A DNA stretch of 64,000 nt from Candidatus Omnitrophota bacterium (GTDB lineage Bacteria > Omnitrophota > Gorgyraeia > Duberdicusellales > 4484-171). Within the stretch, counting starts at the first letter, position 1. Each line of letters starts with the position of its first letter. Position numbers and translations under genes: made by a program. The notes beneath the pieces were generated by a model. It ran no database searches and had not been told where the DNA came from. It saw only the letters and a list, made by a program, of their open reading frames with translations. Shown here in pieces: positions 10,209 to 20,248 of the stretch. Location: positions 66,324-130,323 of the forward strand of contig JAAEQW010000120.1 of the NCBI GenBank assembly GCA_024231025.1, given 5' to 3'.

Positions 10209-11155
10209 AGTTTGCCCTCTTGAAAATACATTTGTTCATAAAACCGGCTCATAATTAAATTCTCCTTAAAAGGTACTGGTGTTTTTATATTGCTATTGCG
10301 CTGAATCAACAACTCTATTTCGTTAACCCCTGCGGCTATGGTAAGAGCAATTGTCGTAGAATATCGTGGGTTTATTTCAAAGATGACTGGTATTCCTTTC
10401 TTAGTCAAAATTAGCTGCACATTAAATGGTCCACATGGTTGCAGTTTATCAACTATTTCCTGACAAATATCTTCTATTGCTTTGTTTTTTCTGGTAACAG
10501 CATGTATCGTTACGCCTCGCTTATAAATCACCTCTTTAGGAACAACCGCAATTGTCTTATTGTTGGTGTCAACGACAACGGATACCGTATACTCTGTGCC
10601 ATCTATTTTTTTCTGAAGCAATATTTGGCTTTCGCTTAATGATGACAGAACCTTATAAGCTGCAAGTTGGTTGTCATTTTCTATTACCGACACCCCTCTG
10701 GACCCCCTGCCAATACGCGGCTTAACTATGTAGGGATACTTTAAATCGCAACCGCTATCATCAGACAGAAATGTTTTTGGGCTGGGCAAATTATTATCTT
10801 TTAGTTTTTTTACTAATATCCACTTATCCAATGTTGATTCTGCAAAATCATAATTGGGAAGCAATACCAAGACATTTGAGCATTGCTCTTTTATCTGGTA
10901 AGATTTAATTATCTCTTCATCAACCAAAGGAATAAAAACATCTACGCTCTGGGCATCTATTATTTCTTTTACAACTTTAATAAAATTATCATCAGCTGCT
11001 GGTGGTAAAATGTATGCCTTGTCAGCAAATTTAAGACCTGCCGCCCATTTATCCATATCGCCTAAAATAATCCGATATTTGCCTGTTTTTTTAAGTTCTT
11101 TGGTGGCGGCTATCGTTCCTGATCCTCCGCCGCCGGTCATAAATATTGTCTTCAT
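10205..11155 (-). CDS. ATP-grasp ligase (PylC/CarB-like)
   Basis: DKW, VKPRIGRGSRGV, EYTV, FEINPR motifs. Confidence 0.85.
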   Translation of the reverse strand: MKTIFMTGGGGSGTIAATKELKKTGKYRIILGDMDKWAAGLKFADKAYILPPAADDNFIKVVKEIIDAQSVDVFIPLVDEEIIKSYQIKEQCSNVLVLLPNYDFAESTLDKWILVKKLKDNNLPSPKTFLSDDSGCDLKYPYIVKPRIGRGSRGVSVIENDNQLAAYKVLSSLSESQILLQKKIDGTEYTVSVVVDTNNKTIAVVPKEVIYKRGVTIHAVTRKNKAIEDICQEIVDKLQPCGPFNVQLILTKKGIPVIFEINPRYSTTIALTIAAGVNEIELLIQRNSNIKTPVPFKENLIMSRFYEQMYFQEGKL

Positions 11156-12099
11156 TTATTTACCTCTTTTAAGCTCATAATTTTTTCTACAATCCGCGAT
11201 GATCCGCGTCCATCTACGCACTTGCGCCCTATTTGACTGCGCTTTATGCGTTCTGACTGCGGTATCAACATCCTAAAGGCGGCTTCAATCTTTGCAAACA
11301 AATCATCATCACTAAACCAACCTGCATAATCTAAAAACCCTTCTCTTTGCCAACCTTCTAGGTTTTGAACTTGGTTATCCGCCAAGCAAACGCCTATTGT
11401 TGGCACGCCGCAGCGAGCAAGTTCATAGGTTGTTTGTCCACCGGCTGATATACATAAATCAACATCAAGCATAGCTTGCCTCATCTCAAGAGCAGTATAT
11501 CGTTTCGCTGCAGGCCTAACCGCGACACATTCACAACCAAACTTGTTCCTTATCAAATCCTCTAAGTCCGATAATAAATCCTGCTTATTGTGCCCACCGA
11601 GAGTAATCAACACCTTGCTGGGATTCGGATTAATCTGTTTCTGGGGTACATTCCAAAACTCTTCTCTTAAAATTATATAGTCTTTACCCAGAATATGTTC
11701 CACCTTATCACTAGAGCCATAATCTGACTCATCGCCACAAATTGACGGATTAATTACAGTACATTTAGGATAATCAATACACCGATAGTCATCGATAGCA
11801 AATGTTCTCTTGCCTAAAATTTGAGAACAAGAGCGATAAAACTCTGCATCAGCTATGTAAGAATCAATTACCACCGCATCAAAATCATTAACCTTTTTAA
11901 GAGTTTCCTTCCTATTATTCCACCAATCAAAACACCGATACTGCTGGCCCCACAACAAAGAATCACCCATTTCATTGGCATTAACAACGAGGTCAACACG
12001 AGCACTGTTTTTTTCAAACGCTCCCTTTAGAGCGAGACACCTGGTCAAATGACCAAAACCAGCTTCCCTACCAGCTTCAGATAAAATTAAAACTTTCAT
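11152..12099 (-). CDS. pseG: UDP-2,4-diacetamido-2,4,6-trideoxy-beta-L-altropyranose hydrolase
   Basis: GFGHLTRC, IDSY, IDD, LREEF, SAGGQTTYEL, ADNQ, DGRG. Confidence 0.8.
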   Translation of the reverse strand: MKVLILSEAGREAGFGHLTRCLALKGAFEKNSARVDLVVNANEMGDSLLWGQQYRCFDWWNNRKETLKKVNDFDAVVIDSYIADAEFYRSCSQILGKRTFAIDDYRCIDYPKCTVINPSICGDESDYGSSDKVEHILGKDYIILREEFWNVPQKQINPNPSKVLITLGGHNKQDLLSDLEDLIRNKFGCECVAVRPAAKRYTALEMRQAMLDVDLCISAGGQTTYELARCGVPTIGVCLADNQVQNLEGWQREGFLDYAGWFSDDDLFAKIEAAFRMLIPQSERIKRSQIGRKCVDGRGSSRIVEKIMSLKEVNK

Positions 12100-12102
12100 A
12101 AG

Positions 12103-13419
12103 TTATGCCAATCTCTTAAAACCTGAATGACAAACCGGATATTTTAAATATTTCTCCGGGTCACCGCTTTTAATTGCTTCGGCTATTGTGCCAAAAGCCT
12201 GATCACAAGCTGCCAAATAAAGATTAATATCCTTATTTTTATGCGCATAAGAAACATAGAAGGCAGTAGTTGCTAACACCTGTTGACGTAGCATTTCCTG
12301 GATAAATAAGGTTTTTAAAATCAAACTATCTTCATATTCAAAAGAAAAGTGCCCTAAAGGATAAATACCAAAAACTCGTATTTTTAAATTATTTTTTTTA
12401 GCTAAATTGCGCCACCCTTTTTGAACTCGTTTACCAATTTTTTCTAAATGCGCTGGAACATTCTTTTCTTTAATCTTTCTTATTGTAGCAAGAGCCGCAG
12501 CTGGGCCGATGCGCTCGGTCCAATAGGTGCTGCTAACAAAGGTGCTCTGCAAACTATTCATAATTTTTTCTTTACCAATAATCGTCGCCATAGGAAAACC
12601 ATTACTAATTGCTTTAGCAAATACAGCAATATCCGGCTGCCAACCAAATAAAAGATGCGCCCCCCCACAGTTCAAACGCCAGCCTGAAGTTATCTCATCT
12701 AAAATAAAAACTGCTCCAATATCTTTGGTGGTTTTGCGAATTATCTTATAAAAATCCTTATCTGGAAAAACGTTTCTTACGGTTTCTAGCACTACAGCAG
12801 CAATCTTCCCTTTGTAGCGATCAACAAGTTCTAAAAGTTTCTCGCTATCATTGTATTTAAACGGGTGGCTTGTGCCCTCTAATGCTCTAGGAACACCAGC
12901 AGGATCTAGCCCTGGCAAAAGGTGACCATCTAAAGATTTATCGTTGCCTAAGTTGGCGGAAATATACCAATCATGCCAACCGTGATATCCACAAAATAAA
13001 ACGATATCTCGACCAGTTGAAGCTCGGGCAGTTCTTACCGCAATCGCCATCGCTTCTCCTCCCGTGCGAGCAAACCGAACCATTTGGGCCCATGGATGAA
13101 GTTCCAACAAAAGCTCGCTTAGCTCTACTTCCTCCGAAGCATTTAGGGTACTCATATTCCCATGATCAATAACAGCCTTAACTGTTTTGTTTATATCCGA
13201 ATCCGCGTAACCCAGAATGCAGGAACCGATTCCCATAAGACTACAATCAAGATACTCATTATCATCTAAGTCCCATATGCGGCAGCCCTTAGCTTTTTTA
13301 TAATATGCAGGCCAACCACCAGGCAAAAACATTTCCGGCCGTTTAGATAAAAGCTGGGTTCCACCGGGAATAATCTTTTTTGCCTGCCTGTATAAATTTT
13401 GACAACTATCTTTTTCCAT
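12103..13419 (-). CDS. Class III PLP aminotransferase (HemL-like, polysaccharide-locus type)
   Basis: IPGGTQLLSKRPE, RTGGEA, GYHGWHDW, DEITSGWR, FAKAISNG. Confidence 0.88.
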   Translation of the reverse strand: MEKDSCQNLYRQAKKIIPGGTQLLSKRPEMFLPGGWPAYYKKAKGCRIWDLDDNEYLDCSLMGIGSCILGYADSDINKTVKAVIDHGNMSTLNASEEVELSELLLELHPWAQMVRFARTGGEAMAIAVRTARASTGRDIVLFCGYHGWHDWYISANLGNDKSLDGHLLPGLDPAGVPRALEGTSHPFKYNDSEKLLELVDRYKGKIAAVVLETVRNVFPDKDFYKIIRKTTKDIGAVFILDEITSGWRLNCGGAHLLFGWQPDIAVFAKAISNGFPMATIIGKEKIMNSLQSTFVSSTYWTERIGPAAALATIRKIKEKNVPAHLEKIGKRVQKGWRNLAKKNNLKIRVFGIYPLGHFSFEYEDSLILKTLFIQEMLRQQVLATTAFYVSYAHKNKDINLYLAACDQAFGTIAEAIKSGDPEKYLKYPVCHSGFKRLA

Positions 13420-13430
13420 AACTTTCCTTT

Positions 13431-14288
13431 TTATAAGGTAAACATTTCCTTAATCGTTTCCATAAATTCTTCCGGTTCGATCATTCGTTTCTGCTCATCA
13501 AGAATAACAAACTTTTTTCCTGAACGCACAACGCTAAACGTAGGCATTTCCGTAAGGTGCGCGCTGAGCTGTTCACACTCTTTAACACCAACATGCCTAT
13601 TTATTTTAGCCACTTGAGGATTATCATCCAACCACGTATATACAGTCCTTAACGAAAGTGGTGATCCTTTATCTAAGGCGCGATAGACCAAATCAATCAT
13701 CTCAATATCAGCTGGCTCATCAATTGTTAGCCGATACTCTGGCCGGCATAAATCGTGCTCTAGCAAAATATTTAGCATCTTAAATTGAGAAGGATTTTCC
13801 TTAATATGCAAGGTCACCGCTGGACCACGGTGATGTTTGTGAACCTCCTTTAGAGCTTCCAACGAAATTAATTCTGTCAATGTTCCTTGAATCATCGTCA
13901 TATTGCTAACACAACCAAAATCCCAATATTCCTTTTTAAAGGCTTCAACAAGACAAGATGTGCTCTCAATATCAAAAATCGGAGAATCACAAGTAACGCG
14001 AATAACCGCATCGGCTTTTTCTTGCTGACACAGCTGGATGTGCCGATCAACAACATCTTGTTCAGCACCAGAAAACCAACCGCACTCTAAACGTTTAGCT
14101 TCCTGGATTAAAGCTTCGTTCAATGGATCAGTTGAAGTTGCCAGGAACACTCCATTCAAGCCTTGCACCTGTTTCATTCTTTCTACATGCCGTTCAAAAA
14201 TTGATTTGTCTCCCAATTTTTTTAAAACTTTACCTGGGCATCGAGTCGATGCCATACGCGCAGTAATCACACCAATAACTCTTCTCAT
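13431..14288 (-). CDS. SpsF-type cytidylyltransferase (probable PseF equivalent)
   Basis: ARMASTRCPGKVL, RVTCDSP, RLTIDEPAD. Confidence 0.85.
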   Translation of the reverse strand: MRRVIGVITARMASTRCPGKVLKKLGDKSIFERHVERMKQVQGLNGVFLATSTDPLNEALIQEAKRLECGWFSGAEQDVVDRHIQLCQQEKADAVIRVTCDSPIFDIESTSCLVEAFKKEYWDFGCVSNMTMIQGTLTELISLEALKEVHKHHRGPAVTLHIKENPSQFKMLNILLEHDLCRPEYRLTIDEPADIEMIDLVYRALDKGSPLSLRTVYTWLDDNPQVAKINRHVGVKECEQLSAHLTEMPTFSVVRSGKKFVILDEQKRMIEPEEFMETIKEMFTL

Positions 14289-14298
14289 ATGTTAGCTC

Positions 14299-15276
14299 CT
14301 ATACCTTTTCCCACTGACCGGTCTGAGCCGACCGACTAGCTGCTAATGCTAAGTCTAAAACACCCAATGAATCTTCTACTGAATTAAATGTCGCAACTTT
14401 TTCCTCAACTTTTTTCAAAAAATACTTCATTTCATCAACATACATTTGATTATAGTACAATGGTAAATCTAACGGTTCCCAAACCCAATCTTTCTTTTCT
14501 TTAGTAATCACACCAACTTGTTTGCTGGTAAAATCCCACCCTACTGTAGCTTTGTCACAAACAACTTTATATTTTCTTGCGTATCCATGCTGAAGATAAT
14601 CCATATGTATTCGAACAGATACACCCGAAACAAACTTTATTATCATCTCCACATAATCCTCAGTATCATTAACTACATCTGATAAAATATCCTTTGAACA
14701 TATGACTTTTTGCGCCAAACCAAACATCCATACCGCACAATCTAGTTCATGAATGTCGTCAAAAATTAAATTTCCTCCTAACCGACTGTTAGCTTGGTAA
14801 CTATTCTTATGATTCGTTTTTGCGAATGGTAGATAATATCCAAACTCTAAATCCGCACACAGCGGTTTACCCGTTTGCGGTTGCTGCAACATTTCAAAAA
14901 CACGGCCTACACCCGGATGAAACCGCATATTACACCCGACCATAGAGATTAAGCTGTTATCTTTGATAATAGAAACCAATCCGCTTATTCCATCCCTATG
15001 TAGCGCTATCGGTTTTTCAATAAACAAATGACACCCAGCAACCGCACAAGCAATGGCTGGTTTAATATGATCATTGCTAAATGTACAAATAACTGCCACC
15101 TGCGGCTTAACTGACAACGCCTCATCAAGCGAAACAAAAACATCACGCGCAATGCTAACAGCTGCCTTGAGATTATCCGGGTTAATATCCACTGCATACG
15201 CTTCATGACCCAATGCAATAGCATTTCGTAAATGCCTCATTCCAATAGAACCAACCCCAACAACAAGTATCTTCAT
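14299..15276 (-). CDS. Gfo/Idh/MocA oxidoreductase
   Basis: GVGSIGMRH, EKP, IHELD. Confidence 0.85.
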   Translation of the reverse strand: MKILVVGVGSIGMRHLRNAIALGHEAYAVDINPDNLKAAVSIARDVFVSLDEALSVKPQVAVICTFSNDHIKPAIACAVAGCHLFIEKPIALHRDGISGLVSIIKDNSLISMVGCNMRFHPGVGRVFEMLQQPQTGKPLCADLEFGYYLPFAKTNHKNSYQANSRLGGNLIFDDIHELDCAVWMFGLAQKVICSKDILSDVVNDTEDYVEMIIKFVSGVSVRIHMDYLQHGYARKYKVVCDKATVGWDFTSKQVGVITKEKKDWVWEPLDLPLYYNQMYVDEMKYFLKKVEEKVATFNSVEDSLGVLDLALAASRSAQTGQWEKV

Positions 15277-16763
15277 GCGTTTATCTTCTTTTCATCTTCT
15301 TGACGTTTTCTATAAAAATTCAACAAAAAATCCTTGTATAAAACTTTTTCCCAGGCAAATCCATACCACATAATACGATTGCGAATCTTGGCTAAAAAAA
15401 TAAAAAAGCTATTAGTAAATCGATCACTCCAATTACTAATCTGATGGTTTCCCAGTCGTGCTTCTGACTCCATATTAATATATAAAGCCGCAGCCTCAGA
15501 ATAGACACCATTAATCTGCCAAGGTCGAATATATTCCGCAGAAGTATACATATCCATATTCTTTTTATCTGCCCAATCACTTAAGTTAACCGGCTCAACC
15601 AACATACCATCTTCAATTAGCCTTACAGTAAGTTCACACTTAGGGTAAGGGCGAAATGTCCCTGCACCACAGGTAAATTTCTTATACCGGCGAAGACGAT
15701 TTATGAATTTCACCGTTTTTTTTATATCTTTCGCGGATTCTCCCGGTATCTCCAGGATAAAAGAGGCCCTTCCGATAATTCCATGTTGATCACATTTTTT
15801 AATTGCATTTTCAGCTTGTTGAAGCGTAATCCCTTTTTTCATAAGGTTTAACGTGTGTGTAGAGCCAGACTCAATGCCAACGGTTAGCTGAATAAGTCCT
15901 GCCTGCCTTGCTAGAGTCAAGGTTTGATCGTTTAGCATCTTCTCATTAAAATAATCACATCTGCACTCCGCATCCCAAGTTATATTTAATTTACGATCGA
16001 TGATCCCTTGGCATATCACACGTGCGCGCATAACATCTACAAAAAAATTATCATCAACAATTTTTACATGTGTAAGATCAAAACGTTTAACAATTTGTGC
16101 AATCTCATCAATAACTTTGTTAGCCTTTTTTTGCCTATAGTTCGTATTACCTGTGACAACATTAATGCAAAATGTGCATAATGATGGGCATCCCCGGCTG
16201 CTTTCATAAGGTAACCACCGCATCGGTTGGCTAGCAGACTGCGCCAACTTATCAGTTAGATAATTGCTTATAAACTTTTCAATATCGGAGTCTATGGCAT
16301 AGTCAACTAGCGGTAAACTATTTAAGTCGATTATTTTCTTGGGAAATACCGTTGTTGCTAATTTTCTTTTTCCAGCAATTGCATCAGCAACAATACCAAT
16401 ATGCTTCTCGCCCTCTCCCGTGATTACATAATCAACCATACCTGAGCCCATAACTTGATCGGGGAACAAAGTGCAATGCCACCCTCCAGCAACAATAGCA
16501 ACATCACTTTTAGATTTAATCATCTCTAGAATTTCATACGCATTAGGAACTTCCGCAGTCAACATGGTTATTCCCACAAAATCAACATCGTTAATTTGCT
16601 CCATGATCCGCTCTTTGTAGTCTTCGTAAAATGCACAGTTGATAATCTTTACCTGATATCCCTTTTGTTTTAATGCCGTAGCAACTGATATTAACCCAAG
16701 CGAGGGGTAGTTGTTGTAGTTGTAAGTATTTTTGGGACGAATTAATAAAACTTTACCGACCAT
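15273..16763 (-). CDS. Cobalamin-binding radical SAM enzyme
   Basis: N-terminal B12 domain (PSLGL, AGGWH); SRGCPSLCTFC; DDNF; GIESGS. Confidence 0.9.
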   Translation of the reverse strand: MVGKVLLIRPKNTYNYNNYPSLGLISVATALKQKGYQVKIINCAFYEDYKERIMEQINDVDFVGITMLTAEVPNAYEILEMIKSKSDVAIVAGGWHCTLFPDQVMGSGMVDYVITGEGEKHIGIVADAIAGKRKLATTVFPKKIIDLNSLPLVDYAIDSDIEKFISNYLTDKLAQSASQPMRWLPYESSRGCPSLCTFCINVVTGNTNYRQKKANKVIDEIAQIVKRFDLTHVKIVDDNFFVDVMRARVICQGIIDRKLNITWDAECRCDYFNEKMLNDQTLTLARQAGLIQLTVGIESGSTHTLNLMKKGITLQQAENAIKKCDQHGIIGRASFILEIPGESAKDIKKTVKFINRLRRYKKFTCGAGTFRPYPKCELTVRLIEDGMLVEPVNLSDWADKKNMDMYTSAEYIRPWQINGVYSEAAALYINMESEARLGNHQISNWSDRFTNSFFIFLAKIRNRIMWYGFAWEKVLYKDFLLNFYRKRQEDEKKINA

Positions 16764-17910
16764 ATAAGATTCCTTTCAACGTTTTGCACACATACGCTAC
16801 CTGCTTAGTAGACAGACTTGGATGTATTGGCAACGAAATAGCAGAATCGTAATACTTATTTGCTATCGGATAAGCATTTTTTTGATGCTTTAGCGCCTGA
16901 TAGTAAGGCTGTTGATATATTGGAATATAGTGAACCTGCACGCCGATACCTGCCGCACGCAGCTTTTGAAATACTTTTTTACGTTTGCTCAAGCTATTTA
17001 CCCTAATAGTATATAGATGCCACGCACTGCGGACGCGTGGGGACTGAACTGGTAAAATTAGCTCTTCGATATTTCTTAACTCTTTCTGGTAATAAGCCGC
17101 GATTGATTGCCTAATTTTCATAAAACGATCCAATCTTTTCATCTGATTAGCCCCCAAGGCGCATTGTATATCACTAATGCGATAGTTATACCCCAATTCC
17201 TGCATTTCATAATACCAATTTTCAGATTTTTTCCTCTTAAGCTTTGCCCCATCTTTAGTAATACCATGACTACGAAAAAGAAGTAACCGATCATAGAGCG
17301 TTTTACTGTTAGTAAGAATCGCTCCACCTTCTCCGGTAGTAATCGCTTTTAAAGGATGGAAACTAAACACCGTCATATCGCTATGTTTACCTGCCCCTAT
17401 CTTAATCCTCTTACCTTTATGAAGATAACTGGAACCCAGAGCATGTGCCGCATCTTCAATAACCGCAAGATTATGTTTTTTGGCCAGCCTATAGATATCT
17501 GCCATAGCACAAGGATGACCTGCAAAATGCACTGGAATTATCGCTTTAGTCCTTTTATTAATTCTCTTTTCTAGTTCCTTGGGATTAATATTGACTGTAT
17601 CTTCATAAACATCTGCAAAGACAGGCTTTCCGCCGCAATACAAAACACAGTTAGCTGACGCTACGAAAGTAATCGGAGAAGTAATAACTTCATTATTTTT
17701 TTTAATTCCTGCAGCAAGGCAAGCCAAGTGCAACGCAGCTGTTCCGCTAGATACAGCCACCGCGTATTTAGCTTTCGTGTAGACACATAGGGACTTTTCA
17801 AACTTTTGAACATTTGGCCCTTGAGTGAGCCACTCCGACTTTAAAGCTTTAACAACAGCTTTGATATCAGCTGAATTAATAGCTTGATGGCTATAAGGTA
17901 TAAACTTCAT
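16753..17910 (-). CDS. pseC: UDP-4-amino-4,6-dideoxy-N-acetyl-beta-L-altrosamine transaminase
   Basis: IPYSHQ, WLTQGP, EDAAHA, SFHPLKAITTGEGG, LGYNYR; follows pseB. Confidence 0.9.
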   Translation of the reverse strand: MKFIPYSHQAINSADIKAVVKALKSEWLTQGPNVQKFEKSLCVYTKAKYAVAVSSGTAALHLACLAAGIKKNNEVITSPITFVASANCVLYCGGKPVFADVYEDTVNINPKELEKRINKRTKAIIPVHFAGHPCAMADIYRLAKKHNLAVIEDAAHALGSSYLHKGKRIKIGAGKHSDMTVFSFHPLKAITTGEGGAILTNSKTLYDRLLLFRSHGITKDGAKLKRKKSENWYYEMQELGYNYRISDIQCALGANQMKRLDRFMKIRQSIAAYYQKELRNIEELILPVQSPRVRSAWHLYTIRVNSLSKRKKVFQKLRAAGIGVQVHYIPIYQQPYYQALKHQKNAYPIANKYYDSAISLPIHPSLSTKQVAYVCKTLKGILYGR

Positions 17911-17928
17911 AACTCCTTTAGCTTGCGC

Positions 17929-18975
17929 TTAAACAGGCGCTCCTTCTTTTAACCACCGCGATTTCTCAATAGAATAATCATTGCTGATGCGCCCAACAAT
18001 TTCGGCAAGGTCCTTAACTGACATCCAAACCGTATTGTTCTCTGAGGTGTATTCAAAATTCTCAAGACAATTTTTACCTTGATCCACAAAAGCTGACATT
18101 TCACCTTGATAGCTTTTGCAAGGATTAATGATATAGAACCTGTTGAACTCTAAGGTATTTCGAGAATCGTCTTCTCCGATTAAAACTTCATGTATTTTCT
18201 CTCCCGGTCTTATTCCTATGATCTCATGCTTGCAATCCGGACCAATCGCCTTAGCCAGGTCGGTTATCCGCATCGAAGGTATTTTAGGAACAAAGGTTTC
18301 TCCGCCTTCCATGTGACTTAAGGTAAATAGCACAAAATGCGCAGCCTGATCTAAAGTAATCCAAAACCTTGTCATTCTAGAATCAGTAACAGGTAACACT
18401 CCGGTTTTTTTCCACTCTTTAAAAAATGGTATTACCGAACCACGGCTACCTAAAACATTACCGTACCTCACAACACAAAACTTTGTATCATGAAATCCAC
18501 TATACACACGGGCAGCGGAAAACAACTTGTCAGAACAAAGTTTGGTTGCCCCATATAAATTAACCGGATTACAAGCCTTGTCAGTTGACAAAGCTACAAC
18601 TTTTTTTACTTTATTGGCAATAGCTGCATCAATAACATTCATCGCTCCTAAGATATTTGTCTTGATGCATTCACATGGATTGTACTCAGCAGCAGGAACC
18701 TGCTTTAAAGCAGCAGCGTGGATAACACAATCTACACCACCAAAAGCACGCATCAAGCGCTCTTTATCGCGTACATCTCCTAGAAAATAACGAATAAAAG
18801 GGTATTTTTTTTCACTCCACTTTTGCGCCATCTCAAACTGCTTTAACTCATCACGACTGAAGACTATTAACTTCTCCGGTTTATACTCTTGAACTATAAT
18901 CTGTACCAATTTCTTGCCCAAAGATCCTGTGCCACCGGTAATTAAAACAACTTTTCCGTTTATAAGATTTTTCAT
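17929..18975 (-). CDS. pseB: UDP-GlcNAc 4,6-dehydratase (inverting)
   Basis: TGGTGS, SRDELKQ, AALKQVPAAEYNP, STDKA, YGATK, RYGNV, MTRFWIT. Confidence 0.95.
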   Translation of the reverse strand: MKNLINGKVVLITGGTGSLGKKLVQIIVQEYKPEKLIVFSRDELKQFEMAQKWSEKKYPFIRYFLGDVRDKERLMRAFGGVDCVIHAAALKQVPAAEYNPCECIKTNILGAMNVIDAAIANKVKKVVALSTDKACNPVNLYGATKLCSDKLFSAARVYSGFHDTKFCVVRYGNVLGSRGSVIPFFKEWKKTGVLPVTDSRMTRFWITLDQAAHFVLFTLSHMEGGETFVPKIPSMRITDLAKAIGPDCKHEIIGIRPGEKIHEVLIGEDDSRNTLEFNRFYIINPCKSYQGEMSAFVDQGKNCLENFEYTSENNTVWMSVKDLAEIVGRISNDYSIEKSRWLKEGAPV

Positions 18976-20229
18976 TTACTTCTCCATTTTTTTAACCATT
19001 TTTGTAGTATCTATTTTCAAAGCCCGAGAATCCCAACATTTTTTCCCATCGATGAAAGACTTGTGAGGCGATAAAAACATATACCTACCGTCAAAGGCTC
19101 CATCATAAAAAATAGCTGCTGCATCCTTAATTGTTCCTGCTATATTTAAATATGTTTGTTTTAATGTTTTTGTATCTAAAATAACTATCGTATCTGGATC
19201 CTCCCTATTCTGATCATCTTTATTATTCATGTACGGAAAAAACCAAACGCTTTCCCCAACCCGCTCACAATTCACCATTCCTCCAATTGAGCTATTTTCC
19301 GTATTAGCATCCAATATCACCACTCCATTAATAGTTGGTTTATCAATATCAATAATAGCAATATTACCGTGGAACTTCTCATCATCGCTATAATGAGGCG
19401 AAAAAATAACTTTCCCGTCGCAATAGCAGACGCCGTGATAACCTTTCGCCTTAGGATTAATCAAAGATAGGTCTATAATAGTTGTGCCGTTAATCGTAAA
19501 ATCGCTGCTATTTATCCTCACCACTTTGCCTATTCTGGTTTTTCCATTCCAGCTGGGCGCAGCCCAAATAAACCCATTAGAATCGACACACAAGCCGTTA
19601 TACCCTGTTGCTTCGCTGTCAATGCTACTAACATCAATAATATCCACGCTTTCCGATGAAAAATCATTTGCCTTAACTCTTAAAAATAAACCATGCTTCA
19701 TTGGCGACACATAAACATATTCTTTATAAAAAAGAACATTGGTGCTAAATCCTTCTTCCGGCAAAGACAACTTTATCGTTTCAATTTCAGATAAATGAAA
19801 TATGTTCTCGTTAACAACAACTTTGACTAAAATACTTTCATCTCTAGTAACCATATATACATTACCGCTATCATCGCTATCTATCCCTACAAAAGAATTA
19901 AGTTTCGGATTAATCTTGGTTAAGTCTAAAACTTGAACGACTCCGGTAATAATATTCTGCCTTGCTAGCAGTCCACTTTTCTTTACCTCTTGCGAAGAAA
20001 GCAAACAAACATCTTTGGTATCCCAATTAATAAAAGGTGCATAATAAACCCATCCATTGGAAATTATATTTTCGCAATAAGAACCAGGCAACTGCGCTAT
20101 GTCAACTAAATCCTTGTTTAAAGCATAAAATTTATTAGCAGAAGTCGCACAACCAAAGCTAGCCACTATCACAGATAAGCCAATAAAGAATCTACCAGCA
20201 CATTTATTACTAAAAAAAATACTACTCAC
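18976..20229 (-). CDS. Predicted lipoprotein with internal repeats, probable beta-propeller
   Basis: Lipobox-like ASFG-C; recurring units (IDL..INP...GY.G....G.....P....G...RI). Confidence 0.6.
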   Translation of the reverse strand: MSSIFFSNKCAGRFFIGLSVIVASFGCATSANKFYALNKDLVDIAQLPGSYCENIISNGWVYYAPFINWDTKDVCLLSSQEVKKSGLLARQNIITGVVQVLDLTKINPKLNSFVGIDSDDSGNVYMVTRDESILVKVVVNENIFHLSEIETIKLSLPEEGFSTNVLFYKEYVYVSPMKHGLFLRVKANDFSSESVDIIDVSSIDSEATGYNGLCVDSNGFIWAAPSWNGKTRIGKVVRINSSDFTINGTTIIDLSLINPKAKGYHGVCYCDGKVIFSPHYSDDEKFHGNIAIIDIDKPTINGVVILDANTENSSIGGMVNCERVGESVWFFPYMNNKDDQNREDPDTIVILDTKTLKQTYLNIAGTIKDAAAIFYDGAFDGRYMFLSPHKSFIDGKKCWDSRALKIDTTKMVKKMEK

Positions 20230-20248
20230 TACCCACCCTTTTTAATTT

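Noticed and set aside
12103-13419. hemL (tetrapyrrole synthesis)
   Set aside because: Its context next to spsF and pseG, and the GTQLLSKRPE and YHGWHDW motifs, fit the glycan-locus subfamily.
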